Shown here piece after piece: positions 36,603 to 39,692 of a DNA stretch of 39,692 nt. The position numbers and the translations under genes were made by a program. Position 1 is the first letter of the stretch; each line of letters starts with the position of its first letter. Below the pieces are notes generated by a model. That model saw only the letters and a list, made by a program, of their open reading frames with translations. It was not told the origin of the DNA and did no database searches. The DNA comes from a virus (Duplodnaviria; Caudoviricetes): the IMG/VR virus record IMGVR_UViG_3300044674_003315, positions 1 to 39,692 of that record; one strand, 5' to 3'.

Positions 36603-36784
36603 TGTATTGGATTGTGAAAGGTTAGAAGTTTATTAGACTTCGGCGTTTCAGGGAATCCGCTGTATGGATCAGGGGCGACTTGCGTCGGTAATCCTAGCCA
36701 CTCGCGGGACTGTCTTTGCCTCAGTTGGGAAGACAGGGCCGGGAAGCCGGGTAGGCTGTCGGCAGTACTATGCCCGCTCTAGGG

Positions 36785-36800
36785 TGTTAACGTCAACTCA
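36785..36800 (-). promoter_or_regulatory. Conserved 16-mer, copy 3, upstream of the capsid gene
   Basis: TGAGTTGACGTTAACA; TTGACG-N18-CATAGT. Confidence 0.6.
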
Positions 36801-36989
36801 TTTTTCGGGTTGCCATTTGCGTTCGTATTGCCAGCCTCGCTCTTCGCAGACCTCAATAACCGAAGCTTCGTCCAGGGCGAGAATGGCAAATGCTTGCAGG
36901 CCTTCGTCGGCTCCACTCACATAACCATCATCATCGTACCAGAGGCGCGACTGCCATCGCTGCGTAATGATGCGAGCGACGCAAATCAT
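36798..36989 (-). CDS. Hypothetical protein
   Basis: 63 aa, ATGA-coupled to the scaffold gene. Confidence 0.55.
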   Translation of the reverse strand: MICVARIITQRWQSRLWYDDDGYVSGADEGLQAFAILALDEASVIEVCEERGWQYERKWQPEK

Positions 36990-37978
36990 GACTCAGCCGC
37001 CTCTTTCAACCAGGCGTTGACCTGGTCGTTGACCACGGAATCTCCCGCCATGAATTTCGCGTGAGCCTCAGCATCGTCGCCATTCATAACCGCGTCCGCT
37101 TTCTGCTTAGGAGTGCGGAATTCGTTCGCGATGGCCGTTGCGCCGTTCGCGCCGCGATAGCCCGCTTCTGTTACCATGGATGCGATAGAATCGAACATCT
37201 TTATGACCGCCGGATTGTCGCCGAAGGAAGGTGAATCTTTCAGGCTTTGAATCGTTTCTGCGGGGATGCCAGCTTTCTGGGCTACCCGCTCCATCGCCTT
37301 GACCGCCGCCTGAATCTTCTGCGGCGCTTCAGCCCCAAAAGAATCCATCAGCTCGCCCTTGGCTGCTTCTTGGGCTTTGGCTAATTCTGATGAGAAGCTG
37401 TGGTTTTGCTTGTCTGCAAGCGCTTCGATATCAGCGAGCATCCCGGTAATAACAGGGCCTGGAGCCCCCCGCTTGATCGCGTTCTCAATGGCTGGAGTCA
37501 GGATTTCAGGCGTCCACCCGGTCTTCGACGTAAACGCATCCATGTCGTGAGGCATGATCTGATCAACCGCCTCCGGCACGTTCGCCCCTCTGTTCCAGGC
37601 CGCGCGTTGCTCATCCGTGGCGTCTTCGCCAGGGTAGGAAAGGGCCTTACTGCGAGCCGTCCGGGTATTTTCGGCCAGGCTTTTCAGCACGTCGGGAATG
37701 GGCTTGCCCTCATACCTGGAGAGGATGCCTTTATCCGCCTCGTAATCAGCCCCGAGTGCATCAGCAAAGCCGGGTTTGAGCGTGCCGCCATCCAGAATAG
37801 CTGAGTAATCGAAGCCAGTAGGCGTTGAGGCGATGATCTCTTGACGCGAATCGCCAGCTAGATCAGGCGATTCTGTAGCCGGAGGGCTCATCAGAGTAGG
37901 AGACCAACCGCCTCCGCCATCTCCTCCGCCTTCACCTCCGCCTTCGTTGCGCAGAATATCGGTGTTGCTGAAACGCAT
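36986..37978 (-). CDS. Capsid scaffolding / assembly protein
   Basis: Acidic, Gly-rich N-terminus and a GDNPAVIKMF motif; upstream of the capsid gene. Confidence 0.75.
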   Translation of the reverse strand: MRFSNTDILRNEGGGEGGGDGGGGWSPTLMSPPATESPDLAGDSRQEIIASTPTGFDYSAILDGGTLKPGFADALGADYEADKGILSRYEGKPIPDVLKSLAENTRTARSKALSYPGEDATDEQRAAWNRGANVPEAVDQIMPHDMDAFTSKTGWTPEILTPAIENAIKRGAPGPVITGMLADIEALADKQNHSFSSELAKAQEAAKGELMDSFGAEAPQKIQAAVKAMERVAQKAGIPAETIQSLKDSPSFGDNPAVIKMFDSIASMVTEAGYRGANGATAIANEFRTPKQKADAVMNGDDAEAHAKFMAGDSVVNDQVNAWLKEAAES

Positions 37979-38298
37979 TATTCTTCGCCCCCCTCTCGGT
38001 AGCTGAAGCGGAGTCCATAAGCGTCAAAAAACTGCTCTGCTGTCCAATTCTCGCGCCGCCATGCGAGAACTTCAGGCGTGCGATCCCCTAAAAATGACAT
38101 CGGCGGTTCACCTTTGCGTGAAACTTTCTGCTCTTGCTGCTCACTGGCTGGATGGGCCATGAACTTTTTGAGCTCAGCTTTGAGTCTATGAAAAGTGGGC
38201 GCGGTTGGTTTGATCTCGCCCTCCTCAATGGTAGCAACGAGTTTCCCATCGCTCACGCGAGCAATGCCGTCTTCGGTCAATCTGTATGTGGGTTCCAT
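37978..38298 (-). CDS. Hypothetical protein
   Basis: 106 aa with LGDRTPEVLAW; coupled to the scaffold gene. Confidence 0.65.
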   Translation of the reverse strand: MEPTYRLTEDGIARVSDGKLVATIEEGEIKPTAPTFHRLKAELKKFMAHPASEQQEQKVSRKGEPPMSFLGDRTPEVLAWRRENWTAEQFFDAYGLRFSYREGGEE

Positions 38299-38308
38299 AG
38301 TCTAAAAT

Positions 38309-38572
38309 TCAGCTATCTACAAAGTCAATATGCACATCGACATTCACGGACCCGCCCGAGGTATCGATTCTCAACTCAGAGCGACTTAAGGCGACCACCT
38401 TAGCGGCTCGCGCTGAGATCCCCGAAAACGATGGGAAGTTGCGCCCACGTTGCGAGACTGTGACCGTCCCCGAAGCGGGGTTAATATCTAATAAGTAGTT
38501 GCCGGGCTTCCGAATAGTTACATTCCGAGTTCCTGCCGTGTTGATGGTAAATGACCCTGTTAATTCTGACAT
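38309..38572 (-). CDS. Hypothetical beta-rich (possibly virion) protein
   Basis: 87-aa ORF in the late operon. Confidence 0.6.
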   Translation of the reverse strand: MSELTGSFTINTAGTRNVTIRKPGNYLLDINPASGTVTVSQRGRNFPSFSGISARAAKVVALSRSELRIDTSGGSVNVDVHIDFVDS

Positions 38573-38585
38573 AATTATTGTAATG

Positions 38586-38744
38586 TTATTCCTTTAGTTC
38601 GACCTCCGATTTTTTTTGATCGGGATCGATCAACTTTGCCAGCGTCCTAATCGCCTCCTCCACGTGAATATATGCGTCACGATTCAGGCGCACCCCTGGT
38701 TGAGTTGCTTGGTCTAAGATTTCTAGCGCTTGCTTGGGATTCAT
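38586..38744 (-). CDS. Hypothetical protein
   Basis: MNPKQALEIL... 52 aa; start placed at ATG 38744. Confidence 0.55.
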   Translation of the reverse strand: MNPKQALEILDQATQPGVRLNRDAYIHVEEAIRTLAKLIDPDQKKSEVELKE

Positions 38745-38770
38745 ATGTGTGTTTCGTTGTTGTGTTATGT

Positions 38771-39142
38771 TTATTCTGAGACAATCCATTCTGGTTTCAT
38801 CTCACCAAGGGTGCCGGTTTCATCAATCACGTAAGCGGTGACTTTCTCCCATGGCTCGAAATCGGCCATGCTAGCCGTTTCGAGCATCTCCACCACAGCA
38901 GCATGTCGTGAGAAGACTGGACCCAGGTCAGCGCCTAGGGCCGTGACGATCTCCTGAACCTCCTCCTTAGGTTTCGGGTTCTCCTTGGTCCCCCAGATAA
39001 GCTCAAACCCTCGCTGCACTGAGCTTGCGAGCCGGTTTAGTGTTAGATCTGAATCAGAAACAAGTTGCCTTGCTATGCGCTCCGCCTCGGTAGGCTCTGC
39101 TTGTGGTGCTGCTGCTGGGATGATGTTGTTAGTAGTTGCCAT
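38771..39142 (-). CDS. Hypothetical protein downstream of the tail fibre (possible chaperone)
   Basis: 123 aa; position immediately after the fibre gene. Confidence 0.6.
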   Translation of the reverse strand: MATTNNIIPAAAPQAEPTEAERIARQLVSDSDLTLNRLASSVQRGFELIWGTKENPKPKEEVQEIVTALGADLGPVFSRHAAVVEMLETASMADFEPWEKVTAYVIDETGTLGEMKPEWIVSE

Positions 39143-39192
39143 AATAAGTTGTTTTGTTGTTAAGATGCTGCGGTTATTCCGATGTTTTGTTG

Positions 39193-39692
39193 TTAGGCCG
39201 CTGCTGTGATTCCGATGTCTTCGAGCGCTACGAGGATTGCGTTAATTGCCGTTCTTGACTCTGCGTCGACTGTTGCGCCGCCGCTAGGGTCTGCAATGTG
39301 AGATGCTTGGGCGGGTGGAGTTACGCCGTGTATCCCCAAACCGCCTTGCACCCTCGCCGATCCGAAAACTAAAAAACCGGCCGTATCAATAAACGTCCAA
39401 CTTCCCGTAAAGCGAGCGCAACGTGTGTTTCCTTTGTAGATATGCACCTCCCTCTCTACCCCGCCCCCTGACCCTGCCTCCGTCCCAATGACAAAAGTGT
39501 CCGCCGTATCATTCCAGCCGAGGTGAGCACGCTCGAAGTCGGTGGCACTTGTGTAGCTGTTGTAAATGTTATACGTCTGCGCGTTGACTCCGTTGCGCTG
39601 GGCTAGAGTGCCGGCGGCGTCTCGGTAAAGGCGCGTATCCGCTGAGCTACCTAGTGCCAAGTTAGAAGTATTTCTCCTCAGCCAGAGCGCGT
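39193..39692 (-). CDS. Tail fibre, 3' part (continuation of 2416..175)
   Basis: Same frame across the terminal overlap. Ends in IADPSGGATVDAESRTAINAILVALEDIGIT, a helical C-terminus seen in phage fibre proteins. Confidence 0.8.
   Translation of the reverse strand, partial: ALWLRRNTSNLALGSSADTRLYRDAAGTLAQRNGVNAQTYNIYNSYTSATDFERAHLGWNDTADTFVIGTEAGSGGGVEREVHIYKGNTRCARFTGSWTFIDTAGFLVFGSARVQGGLGIHGVTPPAQASHIADPSGGATVDAESRTAINAILVALEDIGITAAA

Noticed and set aside
35919-36617. 232-aa plus-strand ORF opposite the capsid gene
   Set aside because: Antisense shadow with no recognisable motifs.

Overview
The window looks like a near-complete, circularly permuted genome (about 39.5 kb) of a temperate podovirus-type tailed phage in its excised (attP) state. 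The last 127 nt (39566-39692) exactly repeat 48-174. Nearly all genes lie on the minus strand: portal, terminase, a DUF1376-type initiator with DnaC-like loader, RusA, a cytosine methyltransferase, YqaJ/RecT recombination genes, lysis genes, a glycosyltransferase with a collagen-like fibre, a 2786-aa internal polyvalent protein, tail tubular A/B, capsid, scaffold, and a modular tail fibre spanning the contig ends. A repressor and a tyrosine integrase are on the plus strand, next to a tRNA-Pro 3'-end attP core. A Verrucomicrobia-like host is only an inference. The most striking unexplained structure is a small array of integron attC-like sites (9043-10637) in the early operon. These sites delimit gene cassettes that are transcribed antisense to the canonical cassette orientation and translated through the sites, and no integron integrase is visible in the genome. 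One cassette carries a two-subunit methyltransferase encoded in overlapping frames. Other notable signals are a repressor and a divergent gene sharing a paralogous domain, an exact 16-mer at three late-gene junctions, iteron-like motifs around attP, and FS[IV]S-delimited modules in the giant virion protein. All family assignments come from motif recognition by eye; no database searches were run.
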